From positions 44,702,001 to 44,766,000 of the forward strand of contig NC_087251.1 of NCBI RefSeq assembly GCF_037042905.1: a stretch of DNA of 64,000 nucleotides, in the 5' to 3' direction. The first letter of the stretch is position 1. Each line of letters starts with the position of its first letter. Both the position numbers and the translations under genes were made by a program. The notes below the pieces were generated by a model. That model saw only the letters and a list, made by a program, of their open reading frames with translations, was not told the DNA's origin and made no database searches. This document shows, one piece after another, positions 28,901-41,800 of this stretch. This DNA comes from Lytechinus pictus. Its lineage: Eukaryota.

Positions 28901-29229
28901 CACAATGATGATGCAGATATCGACGAACCTTTTGAAGTGCCTCAAGGAAAAACACTTGGAAGTAATGATAGTGAATCTGGTAAGTGGCATTACTCATTTA
29001 ATTTCTGTTATAATATATGAAAAATTAATTGCAAAAGCTACTAAAAATAACATTAGATTAGATTTTGAGAATGTGGAAAAGTGTTGCTGCAGATGATGAG
29101 CCTTGATTGTCAACTGATGTGTGAGTGAAAACAGAATAGTAGTAGTATTTGTAGTAGAAGTAGCGGTAGTGTTACTCCCAGGCCTGGTGGTAATAGTACT
29201 AGTAATGATAGCAGTAGTATTAGTAGATC

Positions 29230-29271
<42 letters not shown>

Positions 29272-29769
29272 AAGTAGTAGAAGTATTAGTAGTAAAATTG
29301 GTAGTAGTAGTAAAATTGGTAGTAGTAGTAAAATTGGTAGTAAAAGAAATAAAATTAGTAGTAGTAGTAGTAGTAGTAGTAGTAGGAGTAGTAGTAGTAG
29401 TAGTAGTGTGTGTGTGTATTTGAGTTTTGCCAGACGTGTATCAATCAGATATGATTATTTACGTCTGGGACCGACCTTTAATGTCACCATCCCAAAGACG
29501 TGACCAGGGCTCGAACCTCTGCATCAATTTGTAACTTGGATTATAGCTTGGATTACAGGTGCACGTCACAATGCCCAGTTTTACTAGCAGTGGTAGTTTT
29601 ATTTCCAGGTCTATTGGTAGTAATAACAGCAGTAGTAGTAACACATGTAGATGCAGTAGTAGTAGTGGTAGTAGTAGTTGTAGTAGTAGTAATAGTTGTA
29701 GTAGTACTAGCGGTGGTAGTTTTATTTCCAGGTCTATTGGTGGTGATAATAGTGGTAGTAGTAATAGAT

Positions 29770-29808
<39 letters not shown>

Positions 29809-32800
29809 ATAGTAGTAGTAAAGTTTATTGTTGAGCAAAATAGTCACTTTTCATAGTGTACATAAAAAAATGTAACATTTTTGTCTTGCCTACACATTAG
29901 AAGGATAGCATGCTTTTCAAATGATAGGTGTCAACATTAAATCTTAACCAAGGTTAATTTTTTGAAATGTCATAACTTTAAAAAGAGTATATTGTTTAAT
30001 AGTGAAACTTAGACAAAGTTATTGAAATCTGAAGTATTATTGATCATTTGTCTTTTATATACAACGCATACAAAGATTATTGCAATTTGATTGGTTGAAA
30101 GCCATGCAATATTTGATCCATTTTGAGCTGCATGCAAATCTATTTTCCTTTGCACGACGACCGTGCATTTTTTATTATTCCATTGCACGGTTTAGCTCTC
30201 TCCCTCAGTTTGTACCACTGAGCATGTGTGTGAATGTACATTTTGTATGTGTGTGTGTTCACGCGAAGTAAGCGCATCAACAGGGCAAGCGCTTTCAACA
30301 AGGCTGACTGTGATTCATGAATCAAAGCGTGTCACAAAAGAATGAAAGCAATTAACAGCTTTTATACATGAAAAAAATAATCATGTTGTCAGAGAAAATG
30401 AGTTACTGGACAAAGGCACAATTGAATTCCATCTTCTTTTTTTCCCTTCTATTTTGTCATATAACACTATCTAGAAGAGTCGTATAAACCAAATGATGCA
30501 TGTCTTCATTCCTCCATTATGCGACCTATCCACTCTCGCTGAGGCTGTGTTCAACCCATTGCACGGAGCCGAACGGCCTCGTGCAATGGATTGAACAGAG
30601 CCTCTTTGACCATGTTGTGGTATCAACACAACATCAAACTAGATTTTAATATGTCATGAGGATTAATTACATTGTAGGTGGTCTGTCATTATTTTCTATA
30701 GTTAAGTAATATCAAATGAATATTGATTAAATATTTTATAATTTTCAATATCATAACACATTTAACATTAAAGATAGTCAGGATGGAGATCAAAAGACCC
30801 CCAAAAAGAAGAAAAAATATAAAGTGGGTTTTGAACCAGGGACCCTCACTTAAGGCAGGTGCTTTATCCATTCAACCACAATACATTACTTTCCATAGAC
30901 GAGAAACGCAAAGAATGAAACGTAATCAAATTAAATTTTGCAATTGCACTGGCATAATATATTGCTATTGTCATACTGATCCCATCTTTGAAATGAAAAA
31001 AATTGACATAATTCCTTTACAAAAGTATATTCTAAGCTACAATATATAGAAAACTGGGTGAAAAAAGACCAATGTTTAGGAAGTCAAAATCAAATTTACA
31101 TGAATGTGATGACATCATAAAACTCAAAACGGTATTTTTTAGTTCCGACACCATTTTGATGACATCACAATGTAATTGAGGGTCAATTATGACATGAAAT
31201 AATATCTGTGGTTCATAATATATCCAACTTTAAAAAAAAAGATTGGGTGTCTCTGTTCTTTTGATGAGCTAGAGTGAATTTTATATAGGCATATTTTTGC
31301 CTATAACATTTTCAAAGCTCGCATGCGCACATGTTGCAAACTTTGATTGATGCGCATTCCCTTATTAATGATGGTAAAAAGTTGAGCGAGGTATCAAATT
31401 GCTCAGAATAAAACGGCAATTCCATGCTGCATAATGATGTAATGCGCAAAATTGTTAGAATTAGCTAGTTGAAATGCTTAAAATGACCTGAAATGTATTA
31501 ATGTACTCAAAATCACCCATGGTCGATTTGGAGCATTTTAAAACTTTGACTCATGCGTACACCACTTCATGACCTCTACATGATGATCCATTATTATGAT
31601 GATATCAATTAAAGAATTTAACAAAATGGTGCTTAGATAATGTCATCATGACCTGATGACCTTGAAAAGTTTTTTCTGCGAGAGACCTTAATTCAATGAA
31701 ATTGAGATTTCAGATTTAAAAAAAGCAAAAAAAACTTGGCGACAAACATTGGCCATAAAACTACATAAATGGTAAAGATATGAAGAAAGATCTGACAAAA
31801 TTAAAAGGTGATCTGTCATAAACAGACCACCTTAATATCAACCAAAGTTCAGATTTTGAATTTTTATGATAACATTGATAGTATGAGTCCTAAGTCTTGG
31901 CAAAATCATGGATTTAAGTTCATGTCACTAGATGAAGGTCAAAGGTAATTTGAGGTCAACAAACTTGGGATTTTATTATTTAATGAATTTTTTTTTTCTC
32001 TCCCTTTTTTAAATATCATTCATCTTTACTCACAATGCAGGTGAGACTTCCAGAGGCATTTTACTTGTTAATATTTAATGCTAAATGCATGGCATTTTTT
32101 GTTGTTGCCTTGCTGGCCATTTGTAAAGTGTAATCATAATTGCCCCTTCTCTTAACATACATTAATATTAATTAACAACATTTGTGCTTAAAGTAGCAAA
32201 ATCTAACGTTGATTTTTGTCTAGCCTGCATACCTTTAGTGCTCAGAAGCGAGACAAAGGCGCTGCTTTTTCTGCAGTGGGGGTGGCGGCGGCGATGGCGG
32301 CTTTAACATCAAACCATAACCAAGGTCGAGTAAGTTTTTGAAATATCATTATAATCTAACAAGTAAATGGATCTATTTTGTGAAAACTTGAAAACAATTA
32401 TCACTGATCATCTTGCAGGAGTTTCAGGTAAATCGATCGTGGTTAAAGGTCATTTGAGGTCAATTAACTTGGACTGTCTTGCTGTATTGATGTCAAAAAC
32501 TTCACCAAGGTTAAGATTTTGAATTTTCAATATGATTTTGGAATTTTATACTTACGTGTTATGGATATCAATTATCAGCAAAAGGATAAATGTGATATCA
32601 GGTCATGAGGCAAAGGTCAAAGATCATTGGGATCGACAAACTGGTATCAACTTATAAAACTCAACCGAAGATTAATATTTTGAATTTTCAGAATAATTTG
32701 TCTTTATTCTATTAAACTTATAATGAATTTTTATCAATATTGTCATTAACATAAGCTTAGGTCATTGGGTCAAGGTCAATGGTCAATTCTGATCAGGTAG

Positions 32801-35800
32801 CTTTGATTGAAATTGATATTTTTCTATTATTTTTATAACATTTAATGGAATTATATAAAAATTGTATGACATGATTATATGATATAATATTATACAACAT
32901 GAATAACAAGTTTTTAAGTCAAGGTCAAAGGTCATTGGAGTTCAACAAACTTAGTATTTTATTATGAAATCATTGTCCCTAGCCGGATGTGCCCCCCCCC
33001 CCTGGATCTGCCACTGCACTAGAGTACATGAATATATCAAGTTGTATTTCCTATTATATTTCAATTTTCCTACCTTTATTTTTCACTTTCTTATTATTTC
33101 TTAATTTTCCTATGATTTACTTTGAAATTTTCACTGTTCTTTTACTTATTTCCAGATACTACTCCAAGTGGGGACTCTAAACCTGCCCAGGAAACACCTG
33201 CACAACCAGCTCAAGTCCAATCAATCAAGTGTGATGAGTAAGTCGCAAATTGCCACTTGATCTAAATCTGCTATGTCTACTTTCCATTTGGTCTAATCCA
33301 ATTTGGTCTAATACTAGTTTGTCTACAGCCATTTCTTCTTAGTTTTAAAAAGAAAAAATATATAAATCCATATTTTATTGTTGGAAACAGAAATCAGAAA
33401 TGGAAATCATCCAAAAATTTGTTTAGCCCAATTGATCATCAGCTCGGCAGCCACTGAGCAGTACCAGATCGATGTTGCTCTATCTCTTTGTTGAAAGCCA
33501 AATAGGGTAGCATCAACTCGTCTTTTGTTCCGATGCGGCCGGGGCTTGACCTCCCGGTTGTGAGGCGGATGCTTTACCAATCGAGCCATTTAACTTGTTT
33601 ACCATTTTGTCACCTTTCCAGTGAGGCTATACCTATTTTGTCTATTATCCGCTTGGTGTAATGCCACTTGTCTATATGATCAGATGAACTGTCTATGAAT
33701 CACCTTTTCATTTGACAGTTTTGCCTGATAATAAATGAAAGTTTGGTTGAACCCCATTCAGTGAAACCATGCTTTAATTAATTAATGAACTTTGGGTAAG
33801 AAACTTAGAAAAACCATATTTAAGCTTGAGCTATTGGGAATAGAAAAAAATAGAGAATCTGTTTTAGCACTCAAGAATAACAAGACCAAATGAAGGAAAG
33901 GTAATCAACCTTTATCAGGTAACGATCAATGAGTTTGTTTCCATTCGATGCTTGAAATCATACTGTGAGAATGATTATATTCTTATTACAACCCGTTTCC
34001 TTCCTTTCCTCATGCTCTCCCCCATTTTAATTCCAGATGTGGAAAGAAGTTACGAACGCCGGATGATATTCAGGTAGGTACGAACCTATCAGTCTCGATA
34101 CCGCATTAATGATGATTTGAAATGCATATGAAGTAGGAACATGTGGTGAGGCACTATAGTACATTAACATTGTACTTGTGGTTATGTAGTATATCTTTAT
34201 GAACATTAGAACATACATTGTACAGTCGGGAGGTGTCTACACTTTATATTTTCCCTCTTTTTGTTTATTCTTTTTTTTTCAAAAAATTTCATGATATTGC
34301 TTCAAGAAGGGAAATTCCCAGCAGCTTTTTTCACCATGTAATCATGTTTCCATTCACTTATTAATGAGGCATGATATTGATTAAATTTACACCACCGCAA
34401 ATATTTGTGCAATGAAAGGATGTAAACATATAGAGCTGGTAACTTACAAAACCGTATTGCCCTAGATTTCCTGAATATTGTGAAAAGATAGGTATATTAT
34501 TTGTATTTTACTCAGTCTCTATATGTGCGTACTGACTTTGCAAGCACAGATGACGTAAAATATACCTCAGTATTTTCCCTGGTCTCACATCTGGGTATCT
34601 GAGGACATTGGTCCGCGCAGCAATATTACATGTCATAATGATTATCAAGGTGAGACAAAGTTGGATACAGACCTTAGTTTCAGGTCACATGATCAAGGTC
34701 AAAGGTCACTTAGGGTCAACAAACTTTGGCCATGTTGGGGGTATTTGTGGAATTGTCATCATAACTTTAAAACTTTATGGATCTAGTTCATGAAGCTTGG
34801 ACATAAGAGCAACCATGTATCCCTGTATATCCTGTTCGTGATTCAGGTGACATGACCAGGATCAAAGGGCATTTAAGGTCAATGAACTTTGATAATATTG
34901 GGGGTATTTGTTGAATTGGCATCATAACCTACACATTTTATGGATCTAGTTTATGAAACTTGGACATAAGAGCAATCGAGTATCTCTGAACATCCTGTGC
35001 GAGATCAGGTCACATGACCAAGGTCAAAGGTCATATAGGGTCAGCGAACTTTGGTAATGTTGGGGGTATTTGTCGAATCGTCATAACTTTAAAAGTTTAT
35101 GGATCTACATGTAGTTCATGAAATATAGACATAAAGGGTAATCAAGTATGAATGATTGTTTTGCACACATCTTAGGTCGCATGATCATGGTCAAGGTGAT
35201 ATTGAGTCAATGGACATAGTATTTTGGTGGGGATTTTTTTTTTTTTTTTTTTTAATTTTATGAATGCTTTCTTTTGTGAATAATTATTCAATAGCTGTTT
35301 TCAAAGTCAGCACTGCTGCTATATCGAATCGCGTAACGCAGGCGAGACTGCCAGAGGCGTTCTACTTGTCATGACTTTGCTCTAGATGTCTGATTTGGAT
35401 TATAATAAAAATATCGACTGGCTCTTCTTTCTGTGAACATCAATTATATCCCCCTTTATATCCCCCTTTATAATGCCCTCGTCTGAAGACTCGGGCCAAT
35501 ATGATTCTGGTGTGGGCAATACATTTGATATTCCCCTCAAGGCCAGTCAATATTATATAGGTATGCATCAAAGTGGCCCTAATCTTTATAAGTATAAATT
35601 CTTGCCCTGTAACTTAGCATTGATACAGCCTCTGTTGTTAATTCAGCATGAAGAGTGAATGTTTTGTGAAACATGGTCCCATTCCTTGCTGTTCTTCCAT
35701 AGGTGCATGCTGCAAGAACGGGTCATCAGAGCTTCTCAGAATCAACGGAGGAAATCAAACCACTCACAGAAGAGGAAAAGAAAGAGCAACTTGCAAGGTA

Positions 35801-38800
35801 TGGGCGGGGAGGGTCCACGAGCCCGGGTGTTACGTATGTTTGTCGACATCAAAAGATTTTCCGCTAGTTCGCTTCATCTTCACATTAAACTGGAATATGC
35901 ACTCTAGAAGACACCATAGTCATTTTAACCATGTAAAAGTCAACTATGAACCTTCGGGGCAGGTTTTGAAACTAAAACGTAAATGGGAATGTACACTCAA
36001 GAAGACACCATAGTCATTTTAACTATGAATCTTTAAGGCATGTTTTGAAATCAAAAGCAATCTTTAGAAGATGTAGCTAAGCAGAAAATGATTTTGATGA
36101 AGACCAATGTAATCATTCATCCATCGACTGGCACCTCTATCATAAATCTTACTTTCATTGACAGTTCATCCAAGATTTCTGAATATGTAAAAAAAAAATT
36201 ATCACCCAATCAAACGGTATGGCTTAGGAGCTTCTAATGGAGACTTGTAGGGTCTGAATGATAGCAAGGTTGATGAATCTGGGTAGAAAAATGTGCTGAA
36301 GGGAAAAATTTGTCTATTTCTGTATTATATCTTTTATTGTATTATTCAGATGACCATTGATACAGAGTTTGAAGGGCATTGGATTACATATTGTGTAATG
36401 ATGTCATCTTTAATATAGTTCACAGGGAAAATGATGATTTCCAGGTAACTGAATTTCAGTATTTCTCTTTTTTTTTTTTTTTTTTTTCTCTCTGTGATAT
36501 TGCTGGTTTGAAGGTTACAAGAGAGACTAAAACAGAAGCAGGCAGATAGGATAGCCAACGAGAAGAAGGAAGCGTTGGACAGGGAGAAAATGAGGCGGAA
36601 ACAGGGCAAGGAAATGGTGCAAGCAAAACAACAGTAAGTTACATCAACATAGTATGTAATACTGCAATCACACTGATGAAACCGACCTCAGACCAATGAA
36701 AGTTATTACGTTGTTTTCAATGACACGTGATTGGTCAGTTTGGATATGGTTTTGTTGGTTGGACCGTAGCAGTGTTTTAGCTACAGTGGACGGCAGTGGT
36801 CGGGCCCAACCGGCACAGAAGATTTCTGACCACCACTCACCATGAAAACCACTGCTTCCGTCCACCTCTAATTTCAAATGAAAAGAGTTTCAAGAGTAAC
36901 TCCTTGCAAAGAGGAATTGCACTTGGGTTCATTTCCATCTTTAATCTTGTTTTATTTGCATAATTTACATTAAACATTCTTATATTTGACAACTATTGGT
37001 TTACTTTCAAAGATTTGCTAATGTCAGATTGTTGTTACATTGATATTCTTTCAATTTGAGCTTTAAGACCACTAACTCGGCCTGAAAAAAAAAAAACTTT
37101 GTAATGCCGTGAAATAGCAACCACCACTAAAATGGGTCTAGCTTTAACACTTGACCATAGCGTAACATTTACGAGAGACATAGATCTAGGGGTGCATTAG
37201 AGCCAAACTTGATCAATCTTGACCAAATTAAAATCAATTCCATGTAAAAGCGTAGGCAATTCAATGAAAACTTAACTCGTACGGCCTCAACTAAATACAA
37301 TGTATTATCATTGCATATAATTTAATAATTATGATGTGGATTGAATTTATTCTCAAGGCACTGTCACAATGTTCGGTGCAAGCCTCGTGGGTGAGTTGAA
37401 GACAATCCCTCATCACTCACCCGCAAAAAAGCATTGAGCATGTTCAAAACTTTTCTGCGGGCAAGTCAGACCAGTGAGCGCACCTGCAGGCATCTGCGTG
37501 CTTTTTACTGTCAATGCAGGTAACCTGCGGGTAGCAGTAATAGTCACCCCCAATCCACAAGCCAAGCTTGCAAAGAACGATGTGTCAGACTGAGAGAGCC
37601 TTTATGGGAGGCTTGAAATAGACTGGAATTTCGATTTTAGTATTCATTAGTATACCACTTTTTCAGAACTTTGGTTGATATATTTTCTGGGTTTGTAATG
37701 TTGATGTGAAATGTTATCATGATTTCTTTGAAAATTGCATTGCAAAGGATCGTATAGTTTGCGCCAGGCATAAAGGTGAATGGGAACCCAGGAGGATGTA
37801 TTCCTCAATACTTACCAACATAGCGGCTCAGCTTCAACCAGTGTAATGAAATAATGCCTTGTATTAACTGCAGTAGAGTGTATGCATGTAGAAGCTATGT
37901 TAATATAAATCAACCTTATGTTTGATCATCATTATCAAAGATTTATCGAGATGAAAGGAGATCAAATTACCTTTATTAAATGCTTCATTGGCGGTAGGAA
38001 GAAACTGAGCGCCTAGGCAGCCCAGCTAAAGCTAAGGTAATTATAACATCATGTTAAGCAGGGCCCATTGGGAGAACAGTTTTTGGAACTGAAGTCAGTG
38101 GCTACCCTGGGTAAATATAGGATGGTTATTATTATTTGCGAATGGAGACTTTGTAGATACGGATTGATTTGTTTTGTCCAGTATTATATTTCTCCGGTAT
38201 TTCTCTGAATGCTGTATAAATATTGGCTCTGTGATCTTAATTTCAGGATGGAAATAGATGAGGCTAAACAACTCGCAGCTCTGAAAAAGAGGGAAAAAAT
38301 GGAGGAAAAGCTTGCAAGGTAAGAAACTTGGTTCGAGACAGAGAGAGAGGGGGGAACACGGGAGAAGGGGGGTATTGAAATATTCTGAACATTAAAATTA
38401 TTTCATTAGTTTGAACATAGGGTGTTTTTACTGGAACCTTTTTCTTTATAATATTTCTAGGTCTTCCACATGAGCGTCCATGGAGCCATTCCATAAAGCT
38501 GTTCATATAGTTAGGAACGACTCATATACAGTATTCGCAAATAATAGCAATAATGACATATGGTTCCGAAACCTGGTCTGTAACTAAGAAAATGGAACAG
38601 AAACTAAAAAACCACTCAACACAGTATGGAACGTAAAATGCTACGGATATCAAATTGTGACAGGAAAACCATACAATGGATTAGGAGCCAGACTAGAGTA
38701 ATAGACATAATCAAAGCAATTAAATCAATAAAATGGAGATGGGCTGGCCACCTTGCAAGATCACATGACGATAGATAGACCAAACACAGCACAAAATGGA

Positions 38801-41800
38801 AACCATGGCTCGGATCAAGAAATCGGGGTAGATAAAAATTGGGATGGAGTGACGAGCTCACAAAGTTCATTGGCACAAAGTGGATTGCATCAGCACAAGA
38901 CAAGCAGCTTTTGTACCATTTTGAGGAGGCCTTCACCTTGCAGTGGGCTGAACATGACTGATGTGATGATGATGATGATTATGATAATGATGATGACGAC
39001 GACGATAATGATTCATTAATCAAAATACATATTCCCCAAATTTCATTTTTGAAGGGAAAGAGTGAAAGAACAGATTGCTCGGGACAGAGCGGATAGAGCA
39101 GCTCGAGGGAGTAAGAAACAGGAAGGGGTTCCCCCCGCTCAGCCTCCTGCTGCGGCTCCAGCTCCGGCTCCAGGTTCCTCCGCACCCAAGAAGGAGTACG
39201 ATACATCTAGGTTACAAGTGAGTCCATTCTTGCTAGCAACAATAACCAAAAGTTCATGGATGTAGCGCTCGGCACAAACATGCCATTAAAGGACAAGTCC
39301 ACCCCAACAAAATGTTGATTTGAATAAAAAGAGAAAAATCCAACAAGCATAACACTGAAAAATTCATCAAAATCGGATGTAAAATAAGAAAGTTATGACT
39401 TTTTAAAAGTTTTGCTTAAATTCACAAAACATCCTATATGCACATCCTGGTCGGTATGCAAATGAGGAGACTGATGATGTCATCCACTCACAATTTCTTT
39501 TGTATTTTATTGTATGAAATATGGCATATTCTAATTTTCTCATTGTCAAGTAAAGCAACGATTAATTCCTCTCTGAACATGTGGAATTAGCATTGTTTAA
39601 TACTATAAGGTTCAGCCAAGCTGGTCCTTATTGACAAATCTGTAAAAAATGAAATATCGTATAATTCAAACAATAAAAAACAAGAAATAGTGAGTGAGGG
39701 ACATCATCGACCGTCTATTTGCATGTCACTGAGTTGTGCATATTTTGTGAAAAATAAGTGAAACTTCAAAATATCATAACTTTCTTATTTTACATCCGAA
39801 TTTGATGAACTTTTCAGCGTTTGATTTTTCTCTATTCAAATCAACAATTTTCTGGGGTGGACTGCACTCAACTAGAACATCTACTTCTTGTTCTGTGATG
39901 AACGTTCCAACAGCTCCCGATCTACTCCTACTGTAGCTAGTCTAGTCGCATTTGTTTTTGCACCGCTTTCTAAATCTCTTCTGACAGTTTAAGGAGGAAT
40001 CATCGTAAAACTTGCTACTTGTGTTATTGGTCTTGCTGTATACTATTCTTATCTTCAAGCTCCCGGAAGTTACTGGGTCACACAAGTATTAAAACAGTGT
40101 TAGTCTACGTTTAGGATCATTTGTTTTTTGTTGATACGAAGAATTGTTTACATAAGTGCTTTGAGCATAATGTGCAAACACAGACCTTTGGTCTTCACAC
40201 AGTGCATATTGCAGAGTCTGATGTGGGGAGACTAGTGATTCATTTGCGTACTACCGTAAGATAGAGTTTGGAGTCTAGTCTCAACCCTAGACATGAAATA
40301 TGAAAAACGATAATGTACGAAAACAATCATTAATGCGGAAAGAAAGAACACCTAACAGCCCATGCGAAAGAAATGAACACATTTACTTATTTGGTTATTT
40401 CATTTTAGCAGGGGGCCCCCAATATACAGAGTGAGGGTTTTGCATTTTAATGATTTCCTCTGATAATGAATTCTAATTAACAGTTCAATATAAAAAAAAA
40501 AGAAAATTGTGAAACATATGACTGCGTACAGTTTTTAATCAATCTGCCATCGACTGATTTGCATATATCTATTACAGATTCGTCAAACCAATGGGAGTGC
40601 TATCACCCAGTCCTTTGGTGCAATGGAACCTCTGGCTGCCGTCCGTGTGTACATTGAACTGAACAGGACAGACGGACAGACAGGTGCCTTCTCTCTCATG
40701 ACCCCGTTCCCTAGGAAAATCTTCACGTTAGAAGACATGGAAAAACCTCTCAAGGAATTAGGTGAGTGGTGATTAAAATACTACCGATTACTGATTTGAC
40801 ATATCAATATCCGCAAGCTGCAGTATGTAAAGTTCAAAGTTTGTTCCCACGTTTCCATGAAAGCACCAAAGTAACCCAGTGCCAGGTATACTTTATGGGG
40901 CATTTGAGATTTTCATGACAATCAATTGCTTTTCAGCCAGTAAATTTTCAGAATTATATAATAATCACGAACAAAGACTTCCTTCGCGCACTTTACCCAC
41001 ACACTTCTTCAGGAGTGTGAGAGTTTACTGTAAAAAAATTGATTAAATTAGATTTTTATAAAATTAAGTATTTATTGACCACATTGCCCGACTGTCAGTA
41101 ATGTTTTTTAATGTGTTGGAAGTAGTATGTAAAGCTGTATGTCAGAAAGAGAGTGTGAGTGGATGGGTGAATATGTGCGTTTACAGTGAAACCAGTCCTG
41201 TCTATAAGAACCACTCAAGGGAGGCAAGGAAGATGGCCTTTATGGACGGGTTATCGTAATACATGTTGCAATGGTGAATTGTATTCAAGGAAATCCAATT
41301 TGTGGTGTATATACATGTAGACTGGTGGTCATGTGACTTCTCTAGCCAATCAGAGACATGTACCCTGCAAGGCCCTTTGCATATGCCACCTTGACAGAGT
41401 ATATATATATATATAGCCTGCTTTTACAACTTATGCTATTCTCCTGAAGACGACAAGAACACACTTGTCGAAACGTCGACTTTGGCTGGTCCTTTCAGAT
41501 TACATGGTGTACCGTGAAATCAGTACACTATTCAGATGGGAATTCGATACCCGTTGGTTGCTAAAGCAAGTTCGAATGTATATACAGTGTAAAACATATG
41601 CATTCATGGATGAATATCAGTGGGTCAGATAGAACATATAATGTGGGATGAATGCTGGAAATCACTTTGATTTGGCCAGTGGAGGGGGTGTGTTTTGTTC
41701 ATATTCCCATGTCAAGCTTCAAAAGTATTGTTTATTTTCTTGAAATTGATAACTTTGAGGACCGTATATATGTAATTACTGTCACTAAAACCTCTGTTCA

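Noticed and set aside
29092-29135. Intronic box C/D snoRNA candidate (ATGATGA ... CTGA)
   Set aside because: There is no terminal D box or stem at a proper distance; the sequence runs into microsatellite.
29121-29856. Poly-Val and poly-Ser ORFs
   Set aside because: These are translations of the (GTA)n microsatellite inside UBXN1 intron 3.
33500-33590. tRNA-like sequence on the minus strand
   Set aside because: It has an A-box-like start but no intact T-arm or acceptor stem; best read as a decayed SINE head rather than a tRNA gene.
36670-36705. Second hammerhead candidate CTGATGA...GAAA
   Set aside because: No stem II complementarity between the core strands.
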